DNA of 63,911 bases, the filler included, from Octopus bimaculoides (lineage: Eukaryota), in assembly GCF_001194135.2 (NCBI RefSeq). It is 5 parts of 5 records of this genome, joined end to end, with 100 filler letters (N's around TTAATTAATTAA, not from the genome) between each part and the next. Parts side by side here need not be neighbours in the genome. Positions count along the whole stretch, not along the records: positions 1 to 28,500 come from NC_068996.1; 4 more parts are not named here. One strand, written 5' to 3'. The position numbers and the translations under genes were made by a program. Under the pieces are notes generated by a model that ran no database searches, had not been told where the DNA came from, and saw only the letters and a program-made list of their open reading frames with translations. This document shows positions 11,957 through 25,100 of this stretch, one piece after another. Positions within the stretch are counted from its first letter, which is position 1. Every line of letters starts with the position of its first letter.

Positions 11957-13769
11957 CAGAAAAGACAGTAGCATAAGGAATGTATTTATATGGAAAGTCG
12001 CACATACAAGAAGAAAAAAAAAATGAATGATATAATCAAGTTTTAGCTTTACAGCTGTTTCAGATAAACAATGACTTGTATCATGATATTGTTAGTGTGC
12101 ATATTAACAAGGATTTTGAGAGATCAATATGAAATCATGTTACCTTCATTAGAAGACTCTGGCAAATAGCTTAGTAGAGAATAGTGTTTATGAATATAAA
12201 GAAATTCAATGGGAAGTGAAGTAAGAAGGATTGAGTGGAAAAGGAGATGATAAAGTGAGGAACATAGAAGGAAAGATGGGATAGAGGAGAAAGGTGAAAC
12301 TTCTAAGGTATAGTTAGTAAATAATAAACAGCACCAAGAAAAAGAGATAATTGGCAATAAAAGCAGTGAAGTGGGCTAGATCAAAGGGAGACCAAATGAG
12401 AAATAAAAGACTAGTGGGTGGTTAATACTTTGCAAGCACATATCCATGATAGTAAAAAATAATGTGCACAGAACCACCCATAGAAATCTACACAAAGAAA
12501 ACTATGCATCTGTCCATCTGTTATAATTCAAACAACTGTACTAATCATTACACCATGTACATCTAGCACATTCACATTCATTCAAATTAGTGCCTATAAA
12601 GTAGAATTACATACACTTCTTTATTGTTTTTCCTATCTCATCTCTGCTATGATAATCCTTGATATTTCATATAACCCTAGGCTGTATAAAGATCATTTGA
12701 TATTTTCTTATTAGTTATTATTTGACATAATTTTAACTTCGAAATGTTCCACATTTTTTTTTCAGCATACTAAGGTCAGTAACTTTAGTGGTAGCACAGA
12801 TTAATTAATTACATTCACCACAATATTTGTCTGGTATTTTATTTTCCTGATCCTGAAAGGATGAAATGCAAAGTTGATCTTGCTGGTATTTGAACTTAGA
12901 ATGTAAAGAACCAAAAGAAATGCTATTAAGCATTTTGTCCAATATGCTAACAATCTTACCAAGTTGCAGTTTTATGTTTATTTATAACTGAAAAATCTTA
13001 ATACTTTTACTTAAGCATCTATGGCTAAATCTACTTCCTATGTCTTCTTCAAACTTCTTCAGTAAGTTTCTTCCTTTTGGATTGTTTGGCACTTTCTTCT
13101 TACCAAACTATCACCCTTCATATGTGTCAGCACAGTCTTCCTGCTCATTTGTACCTTATACTTTGTACCTTATACTTCTTGTAACCACTTTTTTTCCTCC
13201 AAGATTATATGTGCTGAATTCACACTCACTAATGTTACAACATCCAATGGAACATCTCTTTCTATCCTGTAACATATCGTTTTCTTTTGCTTATTTTTAG
13301 CTGTCAAGCAATACAACTCTTTGTATACAAGCATCATACAAGATACATTCCAGAAGTTTTGAGACTTTTTCGAGAGAAACATTATTAATTTCAAAGTTCA
13401 AAACTCTAATCTCCTTCAAAGTAGGATCCTCTGATTTCAATGCACTTATTGTAGTGCTCCAACCACTTCGTGAAGGCCCCATGAAGTCCTCAAAAGTGAA
13501 GGTGTCCAAGATCCTTGTAACAACCTTCTTCATCTTCTTAATGTCTTCAGAACAACTGACCCTCAGGTTTTTCTTCAGCTTAGGGAACATTCAAAAGTCA
13601 TAGAGATCAAGGTCTGGACAGTAGCGAGGGTGATATCCATCTCTGATGAGTAGTAGGTTACTAGGGTGTAACTATGGACTGGTGCATTGTCCTGGTACAG
13701 ATACAACCAACATGAGTGGAAGACTTCTGGCCTTTTATGACAAAATCTCTTCCTGAACTCCCTCAAATT

Positions 13770-13943
13770 GATATAATTTATATTATATATGTAAATTATA
13801 TCCTTAATATGATTCATATTATATAATATATGTAAATTATATCCTTGATATGATTTATATTATATAATATATGTAAATTATATCTTTGATATGATTTATA
13901 TTATATAATATATGTAAATTATACCCTTGATATGATTTATATT
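13770..13943. repeat. 41-bp minisatellite, ~4 copies, resuming after the SINE at 14302-14345
   Basis: Unit atatgtaaattatatccttratatgattyatattatataat; tcctt at 13801 and 13842. Confidence 0.9.
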
Positions 13944-14301
13944 GTGGAGGTGCAATGGCCCAGTGGTTAGGGCAGCGGACTCGCAGTCATAAGATCGCAG
14001 TTTCGATTCCCAGACTGGGCGTTGTGAGTGTTTATTGAGCGAAAACACCTAAAGCTCCACGAGGCTCCGGCAGGGGATGGTGGCAAACCCTGCTGTACTC
14101 TTTTACCACAACTTTCTCTCACTCTTACTTCCTGTTTCTGTTGACACTCTGTGTCATGCTGAATATCCCCGAGAACTACATTAAGGGTACATGTGTCTGT
14201 GGAGTGCTCAGCCACTTGCACATTAATTTCACGAGCAGGCTGTTCCGTTGATCAGATCAACTGGAACCCTTGACGTTGTAAGCGACGGAGTGCCAACAAC
14301 A
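13944..14301 (+). mobile_element. SINE family A copy 2
   Basis: Same head and tail as 578-942; 12-bp TSD atgatttatatt (13932-13943, 14302-14313). Confidence 0.9.
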
Positions 14302-15469
14302 ATGATTTATATTATATAATATTTGTAAATTATATCCCTGATAAATTATATCCTGTTGAAAAACAGGATCTTCATCAACTTCCTGGTGGATTTGCTTTAC
14401 CTGGTATTTTTGGTGCTGGAGGAGCCAGGATGCTTCCATTAGGCACTCTGTCTCTTGGTGCCTGGATCATAACTGTAGATTCAGCTTTCATCACAAGTCA
14501 CCAGAGACTCAAGTACTCTTGGAGTGGCAGTAATAAACTCAGTGATTTTCCTGCTGTCACCAAAAGGTCTTTCCTTTTGTTTATTACCAAACACCCTGGG
14601 AACAAATTTCACACAATAGTTCTGTGTGCAGTTACCACACCAATTCCAAACTGTATGCTTATTGTCTTTAAAGATACACAATAATCTTCATCCAGAAAAC
14701 TGAAAATTTTCTCAACTAGCTCTGAGGATCTGATGTTCCTCTCCCTCCCACACCACCTCTCTACCATCCTTGAATGTCTTGTGCCATGCTCAGCTTATAC
14801 AAGTTAATCCATAAGCAGCCTGGATTATTTCATAAGTTTCTATTATGATTTTGCTTAGTTTAACACAAAACTTTACTGCATAGCTAGCTTTCAGATTGTC
14901 CTCATATCCTGATTACATTCTGCAAAACTAGTCAGCTGTAACAAGCAGTGTTTAGTAGGGTGTGTTCAAAGAGCTGTTACACCTACTTCCTTCAATCTGG
15001 AATAATGAAAGTTGGCAGGTCAGCTTATTAGATGGATAGCGATGATATACCAAGATTACAATAAACCATAACTGCGTCTCCTAAAAAATGCCTCAAACTT
15101 TCTGGAATGTGCTTCATATAATGTGCCTCTCACTAACAGGCAGAGAATGCCTTTCTTACCAACAGAGGTAGCATAGGTTCTTAACATTTTACACCTCTTC
15201 TTTATTATAGCAACCACACTTTCAGAGTAATCCTACTATCACCATCACCACTACCACTACTGTTAATTACATCACCTTGGTAACAAAAACTGTCAACTTC
15301 TAGGGAGCCTTTCAGGTATTTGAAAGAATTCCTGTGTGTGTTCTTGCTGCTAACCACTCCTTTGCACCATTTTCTATAAATGAAGTATTTCTTCTCTATC
15401 AGCTTGCCTGTGATGCTGCTACTATTTCTAGTGCCTATAATTTACACTGGGTACACAGTACTAAATTCC

Positions 15470-15477
15470 TATATAAA

Positions 15478-15530
<53 letters not shown>

Positions 15531-15855
15531 CTTGTCACGTCAGTGTTGCTTTTCCATACTGGGTTGAATTGCATGGGACTTTTTGAGGGAGTGTTTTGCA
15601 GCTAATTGCTCTGCAAGACACCAAGCCTTTTAGTAACCTCTTACAGCACATATGCATGCTATCTCCCTCTCTTTCTTTCTCTCTCACGCACACATGCACA
15701 TACACACATATTTACACACATACTCTCACATATACATATATATTTATATATATATATTCACACACATCCTCACAGATATGCATACATATATATATATATA
15801 TTTACAAACATACTCTCACAGATATACATATATATTTATATATATATATATATTG

Positions 15856-15897
<42 letters not shown>

Positions 15898-16042
15898 ACT
15901 CTCACAGATATATTCTCATATATATATATGTGTATCTGTGAGAGTATGTGCGTAAATATATATGTATATAAATATATATATTTACATGCACATAATCTCA
16001 CACACACACATATATATATTTACACACGTACTCTCACAGATA

Positions 16043-16078
<36 letters not shown>

Positions 16079-16097
16079 CATACATACTTATATATCT

Positions 16098-16160
<63 letters not shown>

Positions 16161-16554
16161 NNNNNNNNNNNNNNNNNNNNNNNNNNNNNNNNNNNNNNNN
16201 NNNNNNNNNNNNNNNNNNNNNNNNNNNNNNNNNNNNNNNNNNNNNNNNNNNNNNNNNNNNNNNNNNNNNNNNNNNNNNNNNNNNNNNNNNNNNNNNNNNN
16301 NNNNNNNNNNNNNNNNNNNNNNNNNNNNNNNNNNNNNNNNNNNNNNNNNNNNNNNNNNNNNNNNNNNNNNNNNNNNNNNNNNNNNNNNNNNNNNNNNNNN
16401 NNNNNNNNNNNNNNNNNNNNNNNNNNNNNNNNNNNNNNNNNNNNNNNNNNNNNNNNNNNNNNNNNNNNNNNNNNNNNNNNNNNNNNNNNNNNNNNNNNNN
16501 NNNNNNNNNNNNNNNNNNNNNNNNNNNNNNNNNNNNNNNNNNNNNNNNNNNNNN

Positions 16555-16597
<43 letters not shown>
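15470..16597. repeat. Compound (TA)n/(CA)n/(TG)n/(GA)n microsatellite field with gap
   Basis: Direct sequence; source of the HTHT/IYIY/ERER pseudo-ORFs. Confidence 0.95.
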
Positions 16598-16599
<2 letters not shown>

Positions 16600-17659
16600 C
16601 CCTGCTGTTAGAATTGGTTCCATTTTCATCCACAGACCAACACTGTTTGAAGGGGAAATGGTTGTATGCATTTCATACACAAAATCTTTATTTACTTCAA
16701 GGCTGAAATTTTTTGCTTTTCAATACAATGCGTTCAGATTTATTCCCTTCTTGTCAAGAAAGAAGCGTTTTTTTAAAGAAAAAATAACAGTTGGAAAAAT
16801 AACAAAAAAAAAAGAAAGCCCAAACAAATAATGCTTCCTGATCTGGGTATGAGGACAGTAATTTTGAGAGGAAGGGATTAGTTGATACCTTCAATTCCAG
16901 TACTTGATTGGTGCTTTATTTTATCAATCTGGGAAGGATAAAAAGTAAAGTTAACTCTGGCAGGAATTGAACTCAGAATATAAAGAGTTACACACACACT
17001 CACACACACACACATATAAAATGCATCACACTCATTGTATACACACTGTTGATAGGCCAGTTACTGCAGTGCTTGTTCTAAGATAACATCTCTTAATGAC
17101 TTACTATGTTAAAAAAAGAAACACAAAAAACACAAGATATTTTTACTGATATTCTAACCATTCTGCTAGTTTGCCGATGACATGATTTAGCTATTATGTA
17201 TATCTTTAAAGTACTTTAAAGATCTTTACAGCTCTTTGTATGAATTTTAATTCTTCAAGTGTCTTCAGTACAGCTATTGTTGGATGTATGTACAATGAAA
17301 AATAACATTTGCATTAAGAGTGTTCAAATCAAAATAATACAGTTTATATAAATGATAAAAAGTGTGAGTAGTACAAAACTGAGGGTAAAATTGGATGAAG
17401 TTATGAAGATTTCCACTGCAAGGAATAATAATTTACATTAAAAATATCTTGTGAACTGCTCTAACTTTTGCATAACAGAAACATGTATATTATTTGTAAT
17501 GTTATTCCCTTGCATCACCAGTTTATATGATTTCTATAACTGCACATATGCATACATATACATATACACACGTGTATGTATGTTTGTATCTATGTATGTG
17601 TTTAAGCATACATATATGCACATTATATATATATATTTGTGAATTAAGGCTACCATTGA

Positions 17660-17920
17660 TTTCATGTTAAGAAAAGTAGAAAAATATCCTAGTTTCTTAA
17701 CAATTTTTCAAGCTGAACATATGGAAAAAGTGTTTGGCTCCATTTTGGAAAATACAGCCTCGTTTTGTTCGTGAAGATTCTTGTTTATAAAAATGGTCAA
17801 AGGTGTGTGCAAAACAAAACAAGGCTGTGTTTTCCAAAATGGAGGCAAACAGCTTTCTCTATATGAACAGCTTGAAGAATTAAGACACTAGGATATTTTC
17901 CTACTTATCTTAACATGAAA
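17660..17920. mobile_element. Fold-back MITE-like palindrome (~260 bp)
   Basis: tttcatgttaagaaaagtagaaaaatatcctagtttcttaa...ctccattttggaaaatacagcct mirrored by aggctgtgttttccaaaatggag...ttaagacactaggatattttcctacttatcttaacatgaaa. Confidence 0.75.
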
Positions 17921-18027
17921 CAAACGATAGCCTTAATTCACAAATAAAGAAATTTCATCCACCAATGCAGTGTTGAGCACTTATTTTCATTGTTCAACAT
18001 TTCCATATATTTTTATATATATATATA

Positions 18028-18280
18028 TGCTCAGTGGCTAGAGTGTCAGGCTCACAATTACTAGATAGTGAGTTCAATTCCCGGACTGAGCTGTGTGTTG
18101 TGTTCTTGAGCAAGACACTTTATTTCGGCCTTTGCCTTTCCCTTGGATAACATCAGTGATGTAGAGAGGGGAGGCTGGTATGTATGGGCGACTGCTAATC
18201 TTACATAAACAACCTTGCTGCAGAGGGTAACTTTCTAGGTGCAATCCCATGGTCATTCATGACCAAAAGGAGTCTTTACC
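18028..18280 (+). mobile_element. tRNA-derived SINE family D copy 1
   Basis: A box gctcagtgg, B box gagttcaattcc; body shared with 21772-22050. Confidence 0.8.
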
Positions 18281-18685
18281 CCTTTTATATACACACACAA
18301 GCACATACATATGACAGGATTCTTCAGAACTTCTGTACACCAAATTCATTTCCTATAGTAGAAGGTATTTGCCCAAGGTGCCATAGAATGGGACTGAACC
18401 CAAGACCATGTGGTTACAAAACAAGCTACTTAACCACAAAGCCATGCCTATGCATCTATGACTCTATATCTGTATACACACATATAAAATAAACATCTAT
18501 GTGCCATACTTAACACACACACACACACACATATATATACTGTGTTAAAAAACACAATAGATCTCAGAAAGAGATGAAAATTCATTCTAGCAACAGCCAG
18601 TGATAGCACCAGATGCATTTTGGCCTTTTCAATGCAGTGTACTTATAGCCAGTGTGTATATGTTGATTGATATCATCATCATCAT

Positions 18686-19112
18686 CATCATTTAACAACC
18701 GTTGTCCATGCTGACATTGGTTGGATGGTTTGACCAGAGACTGGCAAGCTGGAGAGTTGCATGAGATTCCAGTCTGATTTGGCAAGGTTTCTGTGGTATG
18801 ACGTCAGCGACTGGGGAGCTGACCGGAACCGTGAACTGACTGGAATGGCAAGCTGACCAGGAGAGGAAGAAGGGCAGAGGGATCCTCGATCGGGATTTTG
18901 TGCCCTTTTTGAACGGGGTTGTTGTCAGGAGAGGACATGCCAAGCGATCGTCTAGGTGTTGGGAGAAGCAGCTGCTATTTCTAGCATTCTTCGGGTCGGG
19001 CGAGCTGTGAGGGTCGGATACCGCAGGACAGACTCGTGTAAAGGAAGGAAAACCGAGGTAAGCCGATTACTTCTACTTGCACGCATACACCACAGTTTCT
19101 ACAGATGGATGC
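18686..19112 (-). mobile_element. SINE family B split by a solo LTR
   Basis: Tail tcatcatcatttaacaaccgttgtccatg...ggcaaggtttc | LTR | gtttctacagatggatgc. Confidence 0.75.
18792..19094. mobile_element. Solo LTR (303 bp)
   Basis: Termini tgtggt...accaca, exact 5-bp TSD gtttc (18787-18791, 19095-19099), CpG-rich. Confidence 0.8.
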
Positions 19113-19524
19113 NNNNNNNNNNNNNNNNNNNNNNNNNNNNNNNNNNNNNNNNNNNNNNNNNNNNNNNNNNNNNNNNNNNNNNNNNNNNNNNNNNNNNNNN
19201 NNNNNNNNNNNNNNNNNNNNNNNNNNNNNNNNNNNNNNNNNNNNNNNNNNNNNNNNNNNNNNNNNNNNNNNNNNNNNNNNNNNNNNNNNNNNNNNNNNNN
19301 NNNNNNNNNNNNNNNNNNNNNNNNNNNNNNNNNNNNNNNNNNNNNNNNNNNNNNNNNNNNNNNNNNNNNNNNNNNNNNNNNNNNNNNNNNNNNNNNNNNN
19401 NNNNNNNNNNNNNNNNNNNNNNNNNNNNNNNNNNNNNNNNNNNNNNNNNNNNNNNNNNNNNNNNNNNNNNNNNNNNNNNNNNNNNNNNNNNNNNNNNNNN
19501 NNNNNNNNNNNNNNNNNNNNNNNN

Positions 19525-19629
19525 TCCCACTGCGTGGCACCTTGGGCAAGTGTCTTCTACTATAGCCTCAAGCCAACCAAAGCCTTGTGAGTGGATTTAG
19601 TAGATGGAAACTGAAAGAAGCCCGTCGTA

Positions 19630-19660
<31 letters not shown>

Positions 19661-19880
19661 GAATGTGTGTTTGTGTGTCTGTGTTTGTCCCCCCAACATT
19701 GCTTGACAACCGATGCTGGTGTGTTTACGTCCCCGTAACTTAGTGGTTTGGCAAAAAGAGACCAATAGAATAAGTACTAGGCTTACAAAGAATAAGTCCT
19801 GGGGTCGATTAGCTCGACTAAAGGCGGTGTTCCAGCATGGCCGTAGTCAAATGACTGAAACAAGTAAATGAGAAATGAGT
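19525..19880 (+). mobile_element. SINE family C (internal TA/TG microsatellite), 5' end in gap
   Basis: cccactgcgtggcaccttgggcaagtgtcttctactatagcc...ggcggtgttccagcatggccgtagtc...gaaacaagtaaa. Confidence 0.85.
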
Positions 19881-20281
19881 ATATATATATATATATTTAA
19901 TGTCCATTTTCCATGCTAGCATGGGTTAGATGGTTTGACAGGATCTGATATGTCCATAGATTGCATCATGCTCCAATGACTGTTTTGGCATGGTTGGATG
20001 CCCTTCCTAATGCCAACCACTTAGCATGGGGTGAGTGCTTTTTTTTTTCATGCCTCGTACACTAAGGTCACCATGCAGCTTGCAGAACCATAAACCTTTT
20101 AGGTGTAGTGGTGCTCAGCTTGATGTTAGTGGACGAGGGGATTGAACTAAGAGGAGGTGTAGGAGCAAAAGGAATATATATATATCATATATCCGTCAAA
20201 TGTAAATAATGTAAATAAAGTATATATTATATATATATATATGGTTATTTTAATTAAATACTGTCTCAATTGTGCATTTCG

Positions 20282-20520
20282 TCATCATCACCATCATCCT
20301 TTAACAACTGTTTTCCATGCTGGCATGGGTTAGATAGTTTGGCTGGAGCTGGTAAGCCAGAGAGCTGCATCAGGCTCTAGTCATGTTTTGGCATGGTTTC
20401 TACAGCTAGATATCCTTCCTAACACCAACCATTTTACAGAGTGTACTGGGTGTCTTTTATCTGTCACTGGCACAGGTATCTTTTATGTGTCACCGGCATG
20501 GGTGCCTTTTACGTATCTTC
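20282..20520 (-). mobile_element. SINE family B copy
   Basis: Reverse complement of family B tail and body. Confidence 0.7.
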
Positions 20521-20796
20521 AACACTGGTCACAACCATGATTTCACTTAGTCTGAATTGTATTCTCAAGCAAAGCAAATCACCAGAAATCTTAGTCACTT
20601 GTCATTGCCTCTGTGAGACTCACCAGCTGAAGATCATATTTCAGCTTGTCCCATGTCTTCCTGGGTCTACTACTTCTGCAGATATGTGTGTGTGTGTGTG
20701 TATGTGTATCATTATTTTAACGTCCACTTTTCCATGCTTATAAAGTTAATTTGAGGCAGATTTTCTGCAGGTGGATGCCTTTCCTGGCACCAAACC

Positions 20797-20799
<3 letters not shown>

Positions 20800-20892
<93 letters not shown>

Positions 20893-20945
20893 GAGAGTGG
20901 AGAGAGAGAGTGGAGAGAGAGAGTGGAGAGAGAGAGTGGAGGAGG
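20800..20945. repeat. (GA)n with (GAGAGAGAGTG) variants
   Basis: Direct sequence. Confidence 0.95.
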
Positions 20946-21771
20946 GATGCATGAGCTGTTGGCTGGTATTCCTTCACAGCTGAATATACTGGAGCTATGT
21001 GAAATAATAAGCCTTGCTCAAGGACTCAATGTGCAGTTCAGTCCATGAATTGAATCCACAACCTCGTGATTGTGAGACCAACCCCTTAACAACTGGGCCA
21101 CACACACACACACACACACATGTCCACATTTCACATTTTGACAGTTCATTATTCGTTCATCAAATTTTGGAAAGATACCTTCAGCCAAAGAATGGTGGAC
21201 TGCTTCACATGCCACAGACATATGTTAAAAATTCTTTGTACGCACACAGACACTAGTACATATATACACACACACACACACACAATCACTTATACACATT
21301 CGTAATATACTCACATATACACACATAAGCAAAATACCTATCAGTAGATTGTTTGTGCCAGGAAAGTTAAAGCAATTCTTTTGAACAAGATGTTTGACAT
21401 GGTAAAAGGGTCTCACAATCTGCTGCCAGATAGTGAAATGCTTAATATGTTTATATTTTTTTTTCAATTTATTTTATTTCATTTTTGTTTCTTTGGCAGA
21501 TTTAATTATATTGAATGGAGAAAAAAATCTTTTGTGAAAAGATTTATTTGGAAGACAAATGTAATTTCAAATAATCAAGGAAGTAATATTTGTCCAATTC
21601 CTCTGAGCCAATAATTAGCTATCTGAATATTTAGGAAGGAGTCTTTCAGGCCAAAGTTGAGAGTAAACTGAAAAGAAACAAACTTGTGGTAGTTAATTCT
21701 ATAACCATAATGTAGGTACTTTCTTGTTGGAATCTCAATGAGTTTAAATATTTGACAATATTATAGTTCAG

Positions 21772-22050
21772 CATGGCTCAGTGGTTAGAGTGTCAGGCTC
21801 ACAATCATGAAGTAGCGAGTTCACTTCCCAGACAAGGCTGTGAGTTGTGTTCTTGAGAAAGACATTTTATTTCATGTTGCTTCAGTTCACTCACCTGTAT
21901 CGGCCTTTGCCTTTCCCTTGGATAACATCGGTGGCATGGAGAGGGGAGGCTGGTATGCATGGATGACTGCTGGTCTTCCATGAACAATCTTGCATGGACT
22001 TGTGCCTCAGAGGGCAACTTTCTAGGTGCAATCCCATGGTCATTCATAAT
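21772..22050 (+). mobile_element. SINE family D copy 2
   Basis: Homologous to 18028-18280. Confidence 0.8.
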
Positions 22051-22804
22051 TTTAACCCTAGTCCAGCATGTAAATCATCCTTCCATGGCCAATAAAATAA
22101 ATGACCAGTCAAGCACAGGAAAGGTTGATATGATTAATCGTAACCTCACCCCAAAATTTGTAGCCTTGTGCCCAAGTTAGAAATCATTATCTTAATATGA
22201 TGTTAAAATCTCACTTTTCATCCTTTCAGGATCAATAAAATGAAGTACCAGTTATGTAGTGAGGAGTGGGGGGGGGATATAATCAATTAGCTTCCATATC
22301 ACAAAATTTAAGGCCTTTGGCACAGATATTAGAAATCAATATTTTTGATAACCTGAGTGGGATTTGAATATTCTTCTTGAGTTGATCAAATAAAGTACTA
22401 TATGTACTTATAATCTACTAATCTACTAATCCCCAAAGTTTGATGTCTCAAACTTTGGGGATGAATATTAGAAATCAATATTTTTGTTGGTTGTTCAAAT
22501 CCTGTGCTGGCAAAATTTACCTTCTATCTTCCTGGGGGGATGATAAAATAAGCACCTTTTATCAACTGATATCTGTCTAGTTGACTCTTCTCCTGAAAAT
22601 TGTTACCATGTGTTTATCTAACAAACCAGTATATCAACTCACATTATCTTTTTTTTATTTTTTAGCCAGGAAAGAAGACCAGTGTCAATGACCTGTTGTA
22701 GGGTTTCCACAACTACTGGAAAGATAAACTAGATATCTAATCTGAATGCTTGCAAAAGAGTGGTCTCAACTCTGTTAAAGGAACTTTAAAGTTCTTTTAC
22801 CTTT

Positions 22805-23195
22805 TATTCGTTTCAGTCATTAGACTGCAACTATACTGGGGCACCACTTTGTAGTATTTTTGTTTAGTCGAATGAATCAACCCCAGGACATTTTTTTCTA
22901 AGCTTAGTACTTTTAAAGCCTGGTACTTATTCTATTGGACTCTTTTGCTTAACTGCTAAGTTACAGGATATGTAAAAAGATCAACATCAGTTGTCAAGCA
23001 GTGGTAGGAGCATGGAAAATGGATGTTAAATGATGATGATAACAGGCTTCTTTCAGTTTCCATCTACCGAATCCACTCACAAGGCTTTGGTTGGCCCAAG
23101 GCTGTAGAAGAAAATATTTTCCCAAGGTTCCAAGCATTGGATCTGAACCAGGAACCATGTGGTTGGAAAGCAAACTTCTTACCACACGGCCATGT
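22805..23195 (-). mobile_element. SINE family C copy
   Basis: Reverse complement of the 19525-19880 family. Confidence 0.75.
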
Positions 23196-23828
23196 CTGTA
23201 CCAGGAAATGGTGTAAAACCAAGTGGTAAGTTCAGTCTAAATAGGCCATGGCGAGATTTTAACACAAAACAAATATCACTAGGCATCCAGTGCTACAAAT
23301 TCCACCAGTCCACTGTTCTAAGCTGGTACAGTATTTATCAAGCCCAGGAGGATGAAAGACGAAATGATGTCTGCATCTTTATAACTCTGTAAAGCCCCAC
23401 CCATCAATCCATCTGTTTATCCATCCTTCCATCCACACACACACACACACATGCACACACACACACACATGCACANNNNNNNNNNNNNNNNNNNNNNNNN
23501 NNNNNNNNNNNNNNNNNNNNNNNNNNNNNNNNNNNNNNNNNNNNNNNNNNNNNNNNNNNNNNNNNNNNNNNNNNNNNNNNNNNNNNNNNNNNNNNNNNNN
23601 NNNNNNNNNNNNNNNNNNNNNNNNNNNNNNNNNNNNNNNNNNNNNNNNNNNNNNNNNNNNNNNNNNNNNNNNNNNNNNNNNNNNNNNNNNNNNNNNNNNN
23701 NNNNNNNNNNNNNNNNNNNNNNNNNNNNNNNNNNNNNNNNNNNNNNNNNNNNNNNNNNNNNNNNNNNNNNNNNNNNNNNNNNNNNNNNNNNNNNNNNNNN
23801 NNNNNNNNNNNNNNNNNNNNNNNNNNNN

Positions 23829-23894
<66 letters not shown>

Positions 23895-23897
<3 letters not shown>

Positions 23898-24730
23898 TCC
23901 ATCCTTCTCTGCCCACTCGGTAGCATCTTCAGATGGTACATAGTGAGGATAGGTAGCATCTTCAGACACCACCTCCTTAAGGTCCTTTCAAAATCAATTG
24001 TCATTAGAATTTCTGGTTCAGGTTGAAGAATCCATCTTCCAATTTTTTCCCTATGACATTATAATCATGTGTCTATGGTACTGAAGCAGTGGCCACTCAA
24101 AGCAGAGAAGCAGCAAACTCAAACTTCAGAGACTGCCTGTTCTCTGAGCTATGCATTCTGTTGAGAAACATAATTCCAAAGATCCTCTGGAGGAACTGTG
24201 TTTCAGCTGCTTGTATTCATGATCATTCTCTTTTGCCCATTACCCAACATACACGACCGTAAGACAGGTAGGAAAACTGAATTGAAGATAGTAAGTTTGA
24301 CTTTTTACTTTCAACCACTCTCTCTTCTGAGAATTGAATGCAATTCAGTTCAGCCTTCTGCTTCTCATACTTGTGAATACAGTCTTAAGATGCTTAAACT
24401 TCTCCACTTGTCTCAGTCATGCTCTACAAATGTGCCAAATGCACTGAGAAGACTTTCTTGAGGTGACAAATTTCTCAGTATTTGCAAAACTAATTCTCAT
24501 CCCTGTCTTGCAATACTTGGCAGTTAGCCAATTCACTATATGCTGGAGATCCATCTTCTGATGAACCAAACAGTACCATGTTCCCTGCAAATATCAGCCA
24601 ATTGATTTTACACCCACTGATTGTGATATCAATTGTGCAACTGGTGTGCATGTCAATCCAGTTCATAATGAATTATGAAAAGGAGAGGTTTCAATACATA
24701 CCATGTCAATATTCAGCATCCATATGATGT
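23895..24730 (-). mobile_element. RTE-type LINE RT and 3' region, degenerate
   Basis: Minus-strand translation resembles LSP..F..MNWID, ISGCKI..L.FAG.MVL, QVEKFK.L...FTS, AETQFLQRI. Confidence 0.7.
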
Positions 24731-25052
24731 GTGTGTATGTATATGTCAGATAGAATTTGTTGAAGCAAATTTTCTATGATTGACTACCCTTCCTGTCACC
24801 AACTTTTACTGGTTTCCAGGGAAGCTAATATTTCCTCATGGCCAGATATGTTTTTCATAAAAAACTGGAAACAATCATTTTCTCTTGAATGATCATGATA
24901 CTTGTTTACAACCATCATGTGATGTCGAGACAGTAACACATAAACACACACATGACAAGCTTTAGGAGTTTCCATCTACTGAATCCACTCAAAAGGCTTT
25001 GGTCAACTCAGGGACTGAACATGGTTGGCAAACGAACCTCCTAGCCACACAC

Positions 25053-25100
<48 letters not shown>

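Larger units (their letters stand above)
13339..15115 (-). mobile_element. Degenerate near-full-length mariner transposon
   Basis: ~30-bp TIRs (caagatacattccagaagttttgagact / tgcctcaaacttctggaatgtgcttca) flanked by TA; motifs KFVPR, LVTCDESWIYSYDP, YQDNAPVH, MFPKLKK. Confidence 0.88.

Noticed and set aside
13770-13943. Regularly spaced 41-bp repeats as a possible CRISPR-like array
   Set aside because: Head-to-tail units with no unique spacers, in a eukaryotic transposon.
15596-16831. Long ORFs rich in HT/IY/VC/ER, and poly-X, poly-H/D/I/M ORFs at 19-24 kb, 49.6-50.2 kb and 61-62.7 kb
   Set aside because: Translations of microsatellites and N gaps.
21500-21560. Plus-strand exon-like segment FNYIEWRKKSFVKRFIWKTN (also short candidates at ~16640, ~27371, ~28040, and a minus-strand one at ~28330-28460)
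   Set aside because: Good acceptors are common in T-rich DNA; I could not chain these or recognise a product.
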